A DNA stretch of 54,073 nt, taken from NCBI GenBank assembly GCA_002390825.1, contig DGQR01000253.1, forward strand, positions 1 through 54,073, given 5' to 3'. Within the stretch, counting starts at the first letter, position 1. Each line of letters starts with the position of its first letter. Shown here piece after piece: positions 9,395 through 17,278 of this stretch. Under the pieces are notes generated by a model that was given only the letters and a program-made list of their open reading frames with translations, searched no databases and was not told where the DNA came from. Source of the stretch: Rhodoferax sp. UBA4409. Its GTDB lineage: Bacteria > Pseudomonadota > Gammaproteobacteria > Burkholderiales > Burkholderiaceae_C. Both the position numbers and the translations under genes were made by a program.

Positions 9395-9485
9395 TCGATG
9401 CGCCCAACGTCTTTCGTCGCGAGCAAAAGTGTCACCTAGACAATGTGTTTTGAGTATTTGTTCACAGAATCAGACCTTTGGCGGC

Positions 9486-9502
9486 TTGGCATGAAAGCTG
9501 CT
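9486..9502 (+). promoter_or_regulatory. Sigma54 (-24/-12) promoter of pilA
   Basis: TTGGCATGAAAGCTGCT with exact GG-N10-GC spacing, ending 35 nt before the pilin ATG. Confidence 0.85.
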
Positions 9503-9537
9503 GATACTCAAGCCTCTTTTCTCAAACTGGAGTTTTT

Positions 9538-10101
9538 ATGAAGCGTTCCATTCAAAAAGGTTTTACCTTGATCGAACTGATGATCGTCGTGGCGATTATT
9601 GGTATTTTGGCTGCGGTGGCTTTGCCTGCTTATCAAGACTACACAATTCGCGCTCGAGTTACTGAAGGTGTCGTTTTGGCCGGTGGCGCTAAAACTGCCA
9701 TTGCAGAAAATGCGGCTAGCGGCGTTGCTTTCCGCAATGGATGGTCTGCACCCCAGCCTACATCAAACGTGGCAAGTGTCGCCATCAATGACGCCAACGG
9801 TGAAATCACGGTAACGTTTACTGCTGCTGCTGGAGCAACTGCCGGTCGCGACACTATTGTTTTTGTGCCAACAACCTCTGTTGCTGCTCAGGCCGCGATT
9901 CCTGGTGTGCCCGCTGGATGTGTTTGGCCCGCAACTGGTGCAGCCGGTGAAGTAGTATGTACTAGCCCCCCAGTGGCGGCTGTTGCTGCACAGGCCGCCG
10001 TTCCATTGGCAGTGGGCGTAGCGCCCGTTGGTCAAATTGCTTGGGCTTGCAATACCGGCACATTGCCAGGCAAGTACCGCTCTGGCACTTGCCGCAGCTG
10101 A
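9538..10101 (+). CDS. pilA: Type IVa major pilin
   Basis: Class III signal MKRSIQKG|[27 protein letters not shown] with E5, a C-terminal Cys pair and SD GGAG. Confidence 0.96.
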   Translation: MKRSIQKGFTLIELMIVVAIIGILAAVALPAYQDYTIRARVTEGVVLAGGAKTAIAENAASGVAFRNGWSAPQPTSNVASVAINDANGEITVTFTAAAGATAGRDTIVFVPTTSVAAQAAIPGVPAGCVWPATGAAGEVVCTSPPVAAVAAQAAVPLAVGVAPVGQIAWACNTGTLPGKYRSGTCRS

Positions 10102-10135
10102 TAACGTCCTGATCTTCGCTAGAAGTTCACGCTGG

Positions 10136-10163
10136 AAATGCCTCCAAACGGAGGCATTTTTTT
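10136..10163 (+). terminator. Intrinsic terminator after pilA
   Basis: AAATGCCTCC-AAAC-GGAGGCATTT followed by further Ts. Confidence 0.9.
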
Positions 10164-10292
10164 ATTTTGGCTAGTGAGTAAAACTTGTTTTACTGATAGG
10201 GTAGAGATTAGATAAACACTAGCATTCGATATATCAATTCGACATGGCTTTTACATTAGAAGATTAAGAGCTTTTGTGGTTTAAGTTGCCTT

Positions 10293-11795
10293 ATGAGATT
10301 TTCTATGCGATTGAGGCTAGCACTGATAATGCTGCTGAATTTGAATTTCCTTTCTACAGCAAAGGCAGAAGAGCGCTTTTTATCGGGTACTGATGATTCG
10401 ATATCACTTCAGTCGGAACGCCGCCTCGGCGACCGCATAGCCCGCGACCTTTACCTCGATCCGGACTATCTCGACGACCCGGTCATCGCTGACTACCTCC
10501 AGTCCATCTGGCAGCCCCTGTTGGCCGCAGCGCGTAAGCGCTCGGAAATATCTCCAGAGCTGGACGCCGCATTCGCCTGGCAATTACTGCAGGGGCGTGA
10601 CCGAACCGTGAACGCTTTTGCCTTGCCCGGAGGATATTTCGGCATTCACTTAGGCCTGATCGGTATCGTGGCCACTCAAGACGAGCTGGCCTCAGTGTTG
10701 GCCCACGAGTTGAGCCACGTCACCCAGCGCCATATCGCCCGCCTGATCACCCGCCAGTCTGAGCAGGCGCCATGGTTGGTGGGTGCCATGATCTTAGGGG
10801 CGCTGGCGGCCAGCAAGAATCCGGCGGGCGCCAATGCCGTCATCGTGGGGGGACAAGCAGCAGCAGCCCAGTCCCAGCTCAATTTTTCCCGGGATATGGA
10901 GCGCGAGGCAGACCGTACCGGCTTCGGTGTGTCTGTCGACGCAGGCTTTGCTCCCCAGGGCTTTGTGAGCATGTTTGAAAAGCTGCAACTGAACAATCGC
11001 AACAACGATTCCGGCAACTTCCCCTACCTGCGCAGTCACCCCCTTACTGCCGAGCGGATCGCAGACATGAAGTCGCGGATGCCCGAAGGTGCGGTACCGA
11101 TGGCAGCTGGCACCCTAGAGCACAGCATGGTCTCCGCGCGCGCACGGATCCTTGCCAACGCCTCAGCGGACAGTTTGCGAAACTGGTATTCCGAAGCAGA
11201 GCCCGGCGCGTTGGCAAAGCAAACCAACTTGCAGCGTGCAGCATCGCTTTACGGTGCCACGCTGGCCGCTACAAAATTGCGTGAGTTTACGAAGGCTAAC
11301 GCTTATGCAACTGTATTGGGCTCCATCGTTGCGAATGACGAGCCCGCTGCCCGACAGTGGCGCTACCTGCGGGCGGAGCTGGCTGTAACAGCGGGCAATC
11401 CAGAGGTCGCTCTGCGCACGCTGGGCCATGCATCTGCGCCGAAAGCGCGGGCCGAATTACTGGCGTGGATTCCATTAAAAGTGGCAATGAGGCAATCAGG
11501 TGTGGCTGCGGACGCTGCTCAGCTGTGGCTGTTAGACCACCCCACTGACGCCAGCATGTGGCAGCAACTCGCCATTGCTAGGGCATCGCAGGGTCGTATG
11601 GTTGCAGCGGTGCGGGCGGAGGCAGAAATCAACATTTCGCAGCTGGACTACGCCGCGGCTATCAGCCGGCTGAAAGCCGCACAAGCCCTATCTAAAACCA
11701 GTGCGCAAGACGGCGATCACATCGAGGCGTCGATCGTCGATGTGCGTTTGCGACAAATTGAGCAGCTACTTCGGGAACAAGCGATCGAGCGCTGA
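10293..11795 (+). CDS. M48-family periplasmic metalloprotease (BepA/YfgC-like) with TPR-like C-terminus
   Basis: VNAFALPGG, HELSH (HEXXH), FSRDMEREAD and YLRSHP; N-terminal signal peptide. Exact start uncertain. Confidence 0.92.
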   Translation: MRFSMRLRLALIMLLNLNFLSTAKAEERFLSGTDDSISLQSERRLGDRIARDLYLDPDYLDDPVIADYLQSIWQPLLAAARKRSEISPELDAAFAWQLLQGRDRTVNAFALPGGYFGIHLGLIGIVATQDELASVLAHELSHVTQRHIARLITRQSEQAPWLVGAMILGALAASKNPAGANAVIVGGQAAAAQSQLNFSRDMEREADRTGFGVSVDAGFAPQGFVSMFEKLQLNNRNNDSGNFPYLRSHPLTAERIADMKSRMPEGAVPMAAGTLEHSMVSARARILANASADSLRNWYSEAEPGALAKQTNLQRAASLYGATLAATKLREFTKANAYATVLGSIVANDEPAARQWRYLRAELAVTAGNPEVALRTLGHASAPKARAELLAWIPLKVAMRQSGVAADAAQLWLLDHPTDASMWQQLAIARASQGRMVAAVRAEAEINISQLDYAAAISRLKAAQALSKTSAQDGDHIEASIVDVRLRQIEQLLREQAIER

Positions 11796-12116
11796 GTTGA
11801 TCACTATGCCGGCCACGGTGTATATCAAAGAACCCAACAAGGCAGCGCTGAAATCCCGCACTGCAAATCCATCTAACAGACTCGCGGCCCACCAGAACAG
11901 CGTGGCATTGATAACAAATAGAAAAAGTCCCAATGTTACCAAGGTAACTGGCAAGGTGAGGATTACCAAAATGGGCCGGAGGAGCGCATTGAACAGGCCA
12001 ACAACCAGTGCCGCGATCAGTGCTGAGCCGAAACTCTGCACCTGTACGCCACTGTAAAAATGCGCTACCGCCAGTAAGGCGGCAGCGCATAGCAGCCATT
12101 TAAAGATAAGTTTCAT
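11766..12116 (-). CDS. Small 4-TM membrane protein, YvlD / 'phage holin family IV'-like
   Basis: LFNALLRPILVILTLPVTLVTLGLFLFVINA pattern; overlaps the 3' end of the M48 gene by 30 nt. Confidence 0.88.
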   Translation of the reverse strand: MKLIFKWLLCAAALLAVAHFYSGVQVQSFGSALIAALVVGLFNALLRPILVILTLPVTLVTLGLFLFVINATLFWWAASLLDGFAVRDFSAALLGSLIYTVAGIVINSALDRLFPK

Positions 12117-12152
12117 GCAGCTCAGCATAGCACTGAGCCCGCATCAGGAAGC

Positions 12153-12860
12153 TCATGCGGCGGTATCGCCTGCCGAGTTGCGTTTCTGAGTCAACCAACC
12201 TGCACCCAAGACGGCCACAATGGCTAGCACATAGACCGCCCAGCGGGTCATGCTTTGTGTGCTTGTCAAGTCAGCATCTGTACCAAAGAAGGACACCAAC
12301 CAAGGCTCGTGAACCACCATCTTTGCTGCGGTAAACGCAAGCACAGCTGCGCCGATCATGATGATGGAAGGGAAGCGTTCCACCAGCTTGAGAACCACGT
12401 TGCTACCGAAAACCACGATCGGAACGCTGATGAGCAGGCCGATGATGACCAAGTCCATTGCACCGTGCGCTGCACCTGCTACGCCTAATACGTTGTCAAC
12501 GCCCATCAGTGCGTCTGCCACGATGATGGTCTTCATGGCACCCCAAAATGTGCTGGCCGAGGGGCCATCGTGATCGCCATCGCCCTGGTCAGCGAGGAGC
12601 TGATAAGCAATCCACAGCAAGCCCAGGCCGCCTACCAGCATCAGGCCAGGGATCTTCAAGAGCCAGACGACGCCAACAGTCATTGCGGAGCGAACGACGA
12701 TGGCGCCTACGGTGCCCCAAATTATTGCTTTTTGTTTCAGTGCGGGGGGGAGGTTGCGTGCGGCTAACGCGATAACGATAGCGTTATCTCCAGCTAACAC
12801 CAGATCGATCAAAATGATGGTCAGTAGGGCAGACCACCAAGGCGCTGACATGAATTCCAT
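12153..12860 (-). CDS. TerC-family (YjbE-like) membrane protein, likely Mn homeostasis
   Basis: IDLVLAGDNAIVIALAAR and ADALMGVDNVLGVAGAA; lies downstream of the yybP-ykoY riboswitch. Confidence 0.93.
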   Translation of the reverse strand: MEFMSAPWWSALLTIILIDLVLAGDNAIVIALAARNLPPALKQKAIIWGTVGAIVVRSAMTVGVVWLLKIPGLMLVGGLGLLWIAYQLLADQGDGDHDGPSASTFWGAMKTIIVADALMGVDNVLGVAGAAHGAMDLVIIGLLISVPIVVFGSNVVLKLVERFPSIIMIGAAVLAFTAAKMVVHEPWLVSFFGTDADLTSTQSMTRWAVYVLAIVAVLGAGWLTQKRNSAGDTAA

Positions 12861-12957
12861 GAAATATCCTAACAACGAGAAAGAGGAGCCGCTGTAGGCG
12901 AAGAGGTTAAAGAAGCTAAAAAGCCACGCCAACGACTCTGCCCGCAAGGGACGTGAA

Positions 12958-13070
12958 TCGAAGGTCTTGCTCAGGCACCCATGGATGGGAACCCCGACAG
13001 ACCGGAAGCGCTGGCTTCGTATTGACGATCAGTCGAAGCGTTTTGCAACGCTTGGAGCTACTCCCCTTCG
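12958..13070 (-). ncRNA. yybP-ykoY manganese riboswitch
   Basis: Minus strand reads GAAGGGGAGTAGC...CGTCAATAC...GCAAGACCTTCG, the conserved segments of this aptamer, upstream of a TerC gene. Confidence 0.92.
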
Positions 13071-13231
13071 GAGTAGGCAGAACTATAACAACAAAACTTG
13101 TAGGCGTATAGATTTCAGGGGCAAGAGATTGCTACTCACCACCGCGCGTCAAGCAAGACCCCTCGCTACGCCGGAAGCGGCCCTCGGTATATCATGCGCC
13201 TCCCTTAGGGCACCAGAGGCAATAGACAAGC

Positions 13232-13660
13232 GTGGCAGGCATACACATCACCGATATCGAGTCGGCCATCAATTTCTGGCGCGCGCGCGAGCCTTCTCCC
13301 GATGGTGTGTCGCTACCGAGTCCCACACGTGCTCTCGCTGAGGTTTACGCACTGCTCATCTATTACCACGAGACAGAGGCCGACGAGTTCAGCATGCCGG
13401 CAAAAGCGCTCGCGGCTTGGCAGACTTGGTATGAAACGACACCCGATACGCCGTGTATTGCGATTTGCTCCACCAGCCAAGGCGATGAGCTATGCAAAGG
13501 TTGCGGACGTACCTTTGAAGAAGTGCAGCTTTGGCCGCAAATGGGCCCCGCCGAAAAGCGTGCAACCTGGCGGCGCATCACATTAGATGCCACGTCGTGG
13601 CGCTTTAACCGCTATGCGGAGCGTGCAGCAGAATCGCGTTCCAAGGCGAATCTGCTATAA
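13232..13660 (+). CDS. DUF3717 plus DUF1289-like (Cys-rich, putative Fe-S/metal-binding) fusion protein
   Basis: N-terminal IHITDIESAINFWR; C-terminal TPCIAICSTSQGDELCKGCGRT.EEV..W. Confidence 0.82.
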   Translation: MAGIHITDIESAINFWRAREPSPDGVSLPSPTRALAEVYALLIYYHETEADEFSMPAKALAAWQTWYETTPDTPCIAICSTSQGDELCKGCGRTFEEVQLWPQMGPAEKRATWRRITLDATSWRFNRYAERAAESRSKANLL

Positions 13661-13715
13661 AAATAATAGCTGTTTCCGCAGTAAATACGGCGGGCTAGGG
13701 CGGATTTGGCTAAAA
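13653..13715 (+). repeat. Dispersed ~60-bp motif, copy 1 (contains the TAA stop of the DUF3717 gene)
   Basis: TGCTATAAAAATAATAGC-TGTTTC-CGCA-N11-GGGCTAG; aligns with four other copies in the window. Confidence 0.8.
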
Positions 13716-13722
13716 GCCTGTG

Positions 13723-14283
13723 CTACTTCCAGCGGATAGGCTCGATATCCACGGTGCTACTTCCGTCTCCCAGCATCAGGACGCCCTCTTGAACCGTCGC
13801 TTGCAACTGCATGCTGCGCGCTGCCAGTTTCGCCAAAGCTTGGGACGTTCCAGAGGGAATACGCCAAACCTGCAGCTTGTCCAAGCGGCTCAATTTCGAC
13901 TCGATACCTTTCCACCAGATGTCCGCCGAGTGTGCAAATGGATATAGCAATACCGCGTCGGACTTGTTGCAAGCCTTGGAGATGGGCTTGTCTTCCGGCT
14001 GACCCACCTCAATCCACAGGCGCTTCTGCCCTGTGAAATCGGTGAGCGAAACGTCCGGGTCCTCGGGGTCAGACAAGCCGGCGCCGAAGGCCAAAGTGCC
14101 ATCTCCGTTGCAGACACTTTGGAGTTTGTGGGCGTTGTAAGCCATCGCCACCAAGCGAACCATCATCCGCTCATCTGTCTCGCTCGGGTGCCGAGCTAGC
14201 GTGAGCGCGTGGTCCGCGTAGTAGCTGTTCTCAATGTCTGCGATCTGCAGATTGGCTTTGTAGATGGTGGATTTGAGTGCCAT
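13723..14283 (-). CDS. yaeQ: YaeQ family protein
   Basis: MALKSTIYKA, LARHPSETDERMMVRL and LWIEVGQP. Confidence 0.93.
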   Translation of the reverse strand: MALKSTIYKANLQIADIENSYYADHALTLARHPSETDERMMVRLVAMAYNAHKLQSVCNGDGTLAFGAGLSDPEDPDVSLTDFTGQKRLWIEVGQPEDKPISKACNKSDAVLLYPFAHSADIWWKGIESKLSRLDKLQVWRIPSGTSQALAKLAARSMQLQATVQEGVLMLGDGSSTVDIEPIRWK

Positions 14284-14313
14284 GGCTTAGGTGCGAGGGG
14301 GAGTGTTTTCAGG

Positions 14314-14392
14314 AATGCCGTGGAGCCGGCTTAGCCGGTCCACTGGCATTGCCCCCCTGCAAGGGGGAAGCGGCACAAGCCGCACGGGGGTG
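14314..14392. repeat. GC-rich multi-hairpin extragenic element (REP-like)
   Basis: Three adjacent stem-loops: AATGCCGTGGA.CCGGC/GCCGGTCCAC.GGCATT, CCCCT-GCAA-GGGGG and GCGGC-ACAA-GCCGC. Only one copy in the window, so repeat status is inferred. Confidence 0.55.
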
Positions 14393-15772
14393 TTAAACGC
14401 GTCTCGCGAGTTCAGACGCCTTGCCGGTATAGCTACCGGGCGTCATGGCCAGCAGGCGCTCTTTCTCAGCCTCTGGGATGTCCAAACCTGCAATAAAGCC
14501 CTGCATCAATTCACGGGTCATGGCTGCACCCCGGGTGAACTTCTTGAGTTGCTCGTAGGGCTGGGGCAGTCCGAAGCGGCGCATCACGGTCTGGATGGGT
14601 TCAGCCAACACTTCCCATGAGGAATCCAAGTCTTCGGCGATGGCGGCTTCGTTGATCTCGAGCTTGTTCAAGCCGGTCATCAGCGAGCTGTAGGCCAGGA
14701 CGGCATAGCCCAAGGCCACGCCCATGTTGCGCAGCACGGTCGAATCGGTCAGGTCACGCTGCCAGCGGGAAATCGGCAACTTTTCGCTCAGGTGGCGCAA
14801 CAAGGCATTGGCCAAACCAAGATTGCCCTCGGCGTTTTCAAAGTCAATCGGGTTGACCTTATGCGGCATGGTGGACGAGCCCACTTCGCCGTCCTTGAGC
14901 TTTTGCTTGAAGTACCCCAGTGACACATAGCCCCAGATATCGCGGCTCAAGTCGATGAGGATGGTGTTGGTCCGTGCTACCGCATCAAACAGCTCCGCCA
15001 TGTAATCGTGGGGTTCGATCTGAATACTGTAGGGCTGGAAAGTCAGGCCCAGGCCCAGTGGCTCTGGAGTCTCCACCACTTTCTTGCTGAAAGCTTCCCA
15101 ATCAAAGTCGGGCCAGGCACTCAGGTGGGCGTTGTAGTTGCCGACAGCGCCGTTCATCTTGGCGAGAATCTTCACGTTGGCAATACGGTCGCAGGCGGCC
15201 TGCAGGCGGACAACCACGTTGGCCATTTCCTTGCCTACGGTTGTGGGGCTGGCAGTTTGGCCATGGGTGCGGCTCAGCATCGGTACGTCGGCGTAAGCGT
15301 GGGCCATGTCCCGCAGTTTCAGGACAATTTTGTCCAAGGCAGGCAACACCACGACATCGCGCGAGGCGCGTAACTGCAGCCCATGGCTGGTGTTGTTGAT
15401 GTCTTCGCTGGTGCAGGCAAAGTGCACGAATTCACCGGCTTTTTCCAGTTCGGGACGGGCTTCGAACTTGGACTTGATCCAATATTCGACGGCTTTTACA
15501 TCGTGATTGGTCGTCTTTTCAATAGCCTTAATGGCTTCGCCGTCGGCTTCCGAGAAGTTTTTCACCAAGCCCAGCAGGTAGGTGCGGGCGCCAGGGGTCA
15601 GGGGTTTGAACTCTTCAAAGCCAGCGTCGCTCAAGGCGATAAACCAGGCCACTTCCACCTGTACACGGCGGTGCATATAGCCCAGCTCACTGGTCAGGGG
15701 GCGCAGGGTAGCAAGTTTGGCGGCGTAACGGCCGTCCAGCGGAGAGAGGGCGGAAATGGCGGAGAAGGTCAT
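14393..15772 (-). CDS. purB: Adenylosuccinate lyase
   Basis: LSPLDGRY, TNHDVKAVEY, RTHGQ and signature GSSTMPHKVNPIDFEN. Confidence 0.98.
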   Translation of the reverse strand: MTFSAISALSPLDGRYAAKLATLRPLTSELGYMHRRVQVEVAWFIALSDAGFEEFKPLTPGARTYLLGLVKNFSEADGEAIKAIEKTTNHDVKAVEYWIKSKFEARPELEKAGEFVHFACTSEDINNTSHGLQLRASRDVVVLPALDKIVLKLRDMAHAYADVPMLSRTHGQTASPTTVGKEMANVVVRLQAACDRIANVKILAKMNGAVGNYNAHLSAWPDFDWEAFSKKVVETPEPLGLGLTFQPYSIQIEPHDYMAELFDAVARTNTILIDLSRDIWGYVSLGYFKQKLKDGEVGSSTMPHKVNPIDFENAEGNLGLANALLRHLSEKLPISRWQRDLTDSTVLRNMGVALGYAVLAYSSLMTGLNKLEINEAAIAEDLDSSWEVLAEPIQTVMRRFGLPQPYEQLKKFTRGAAMTRELMQGFIAGLDIPEAEKERLLAMTPGSYTGKASELARRV

Positions 15773-15868
15773 CCCCCGATTGTAGGTTGTGCGCCACTGC
15801 AATGACCGCAGGGTGTGGGGGCAGGCCCCGCTGGATAGAATCAAGCGCTAGTTAACTGCAAAGCGCTC

Positions 15869-16483
15869 ATGAAACTCATCGGATCCACCTCAAGCCCCTT
15901 CGTTCGTAAAGTTCGTGTTGTGATGGCGGAGAAGAAACTTGATTACGTCTTGATTCACGAAGACGTTTGGGCTGCTGACACACGCATTGCCGAATCCAAC
16001 CCACTGGGCAAAGTCCCCTGCCTGATCATGGAGGGTGCCGAGGCGCTGTTTGATTCCCGCGTGATCGTGGAGTACTTGGATACCCTGTCCCCGGTCGGCA
16101 AATTGATTCCCACCGTGGGGCGCGAGCGCGCGGAGATCAAGACTTGGGAGGCTTTGGCTGATGGACTCATGGAAGCCGCTGTCCTCGCTCGCTTGGAGGC
16201 TGCATGGGCGGGCCGCGCGCCTACCGAGCGTAGCCAAGCCTGGATTGACCGGCAGCTGCTCAAGATTCACGAAGCACTCAAAGCCATGGAACGTGGTTTG
16301 TCCGATAAGCCGTTCTGCGCTGGCATTCACCTTACCCTGGCAGATTTGGCCTTGGGTTGTGCACTTGGCTACCTTGATTTCCGCTTCCCCGAAATCGCTT
16401 GGCGCAATGAACACGCCAGCTTGGCCAAGTTGTTCGACAAGCTTTCGCAGCGGCCAAGCTTCGCTGACACCTTACCTGCCTAA
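15869..16483 (+). CDS. Glutathione S-transferase family protein
   Basis: SPFVRKVR, NPLGKVPCL, DSRVIVEYLD and LTLADLA. Confidence 0.93.
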   Translation: MKLIGSTSSPFVRKVRVVMAEKKLDYVLIHEDVWAADTRIAESNPLGKVPCLIMEGAEALFDSRVIVEYLDTLSPVGKLIPTVGRERAEIKTWEALADGLMEAAVLARLEAAWAGRAPTERSQAWIDRQLLKIHEALKAMERGLSDKPFCAGIHLTLADLALGCALGYLDFRFPEIAWRNEHASLAKLFDKLSQRPSFADTLPA

Positions 16484-16591
16484 GCCCCGCGCGGCTTTCT
16501 GGCCGAAAACGGCCCGGAAGCCGCATGTTTACAACGAATTACAACAATACACTCGCCAAAAAGCGCATGATTCTTTACAGTTGCGCACATC

Positions 16592-16813
16592 ATGAAGACG
16601 TACAACACTGTCTATAGATGCCGCGAGTGTGGTGCTACGAGTTACCAGAGAGTGCTGGAGCGCTCAGCCAATGGTTCGCTACAAGCCACTGGCGAATACA
16701 AGTGCACCGGTTGCCGCAATGTTTTTGCTTCTTTGCGGGATTGGTGGCAGCCGCGTCCCCCTATGGATTTTCAGAGCAGCAAGATTTCGGCGCTTGAAGC
16801 CGGGATCCGCTAA
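16592..16813 (+). CDS. Small putative zinc-ribbon protein
   Basis: 73 aa with CRECG and CTGC pairs; fills the gap between GST and the convergent operon. Confidence 0.7.
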   Translation: MKTYNTVYRCRECGATSYQRVLERSANGSLQATGEYKCTGCRNVFASLRDWWQPRPPMDFQSSKISALEAGIR

Positions 16814-16819
16814 CGACGC

Positions 16820-17278
16820 TCAGCTGTTGGCTCTTTTTTTGAGCCAACGCATCAGGCCTCCTACGAGCGGCAACTTCTCGTACAGCTCTTCAGCCGCATC
16901 CCAGTAGTCGCGGTGCAGGCAGACAAGGCCTGTGTCATCAAACACCAGGTGGCTGGCGCCGAGGATGACCTGTTCGGAGTCTGTGTCAAACCGCCGGAAT
17001 TTGAACCGGAACTCCCACGTCAAGAAGCATTGACTCCCATGCAAAACTTGTTCGGTCACGACGAACCGCGGCTTTTCCAACGCCACAAACATGTGCTGAA
17101 AGATGTGCTCAATGGGGCCCAAGCCGGTGACGTCGTTAAACGGATCTTTAAAGCGTGCGTTTGTCGAATAGATGGTCCGTAAGTCGACAACCGTTTCGGG
17201 CGTCAGCCCTTCAAAAAACTTCACTACCCGCGCAACGGCGGGAGAGTTGTCTGCTGCAGGCTTCTGAGGCGTGTTCAT
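16820..17278 (-). CDS. SnoaL-like / NTF2-fold protein
   Basis: FKDPFNDV and HRDYWDAAEELYEKLP; ATGA overlap with the SDR stop. Confidence 0.9.
   Translation of the reverse strand: MNTPQKPAADNSPAVARVVKFFEGLTPETVVDLRTIYSTNARFKDPFNDVTGLGPIEHIFQHMFVALEKPRFVVTEQVLHGSQCFLTWEFRFKFRRFDTDSEQVILGASHLVFDDTGLVCLHRDYWDAAEELYEKLPLVGGLMRWLKKRANS

Noticed and set aside
11766-12116. 'Phage holin family' gene as evidence of a prophage
   Set aside because: No endolysin, integrase or structural genes nearby; this 4-TM family is common in chromosomal contexts.
13085-13135. Possible sixth, degenerate copy of the dispersed motif upstream of the riboswitch
   Set aside because: It lacks the GCTA/TAGC palindrome and the TAGC-N6-CGCA spacing.
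12967-13341. 124-aa ORF over the riboswitch, and upstream extensions of the terC, purB, glnE, smg, def and Lrp ORFs
   Set aside because: They overlap a structured RNA or divergent genes; downstream starts match the family N-termini better.
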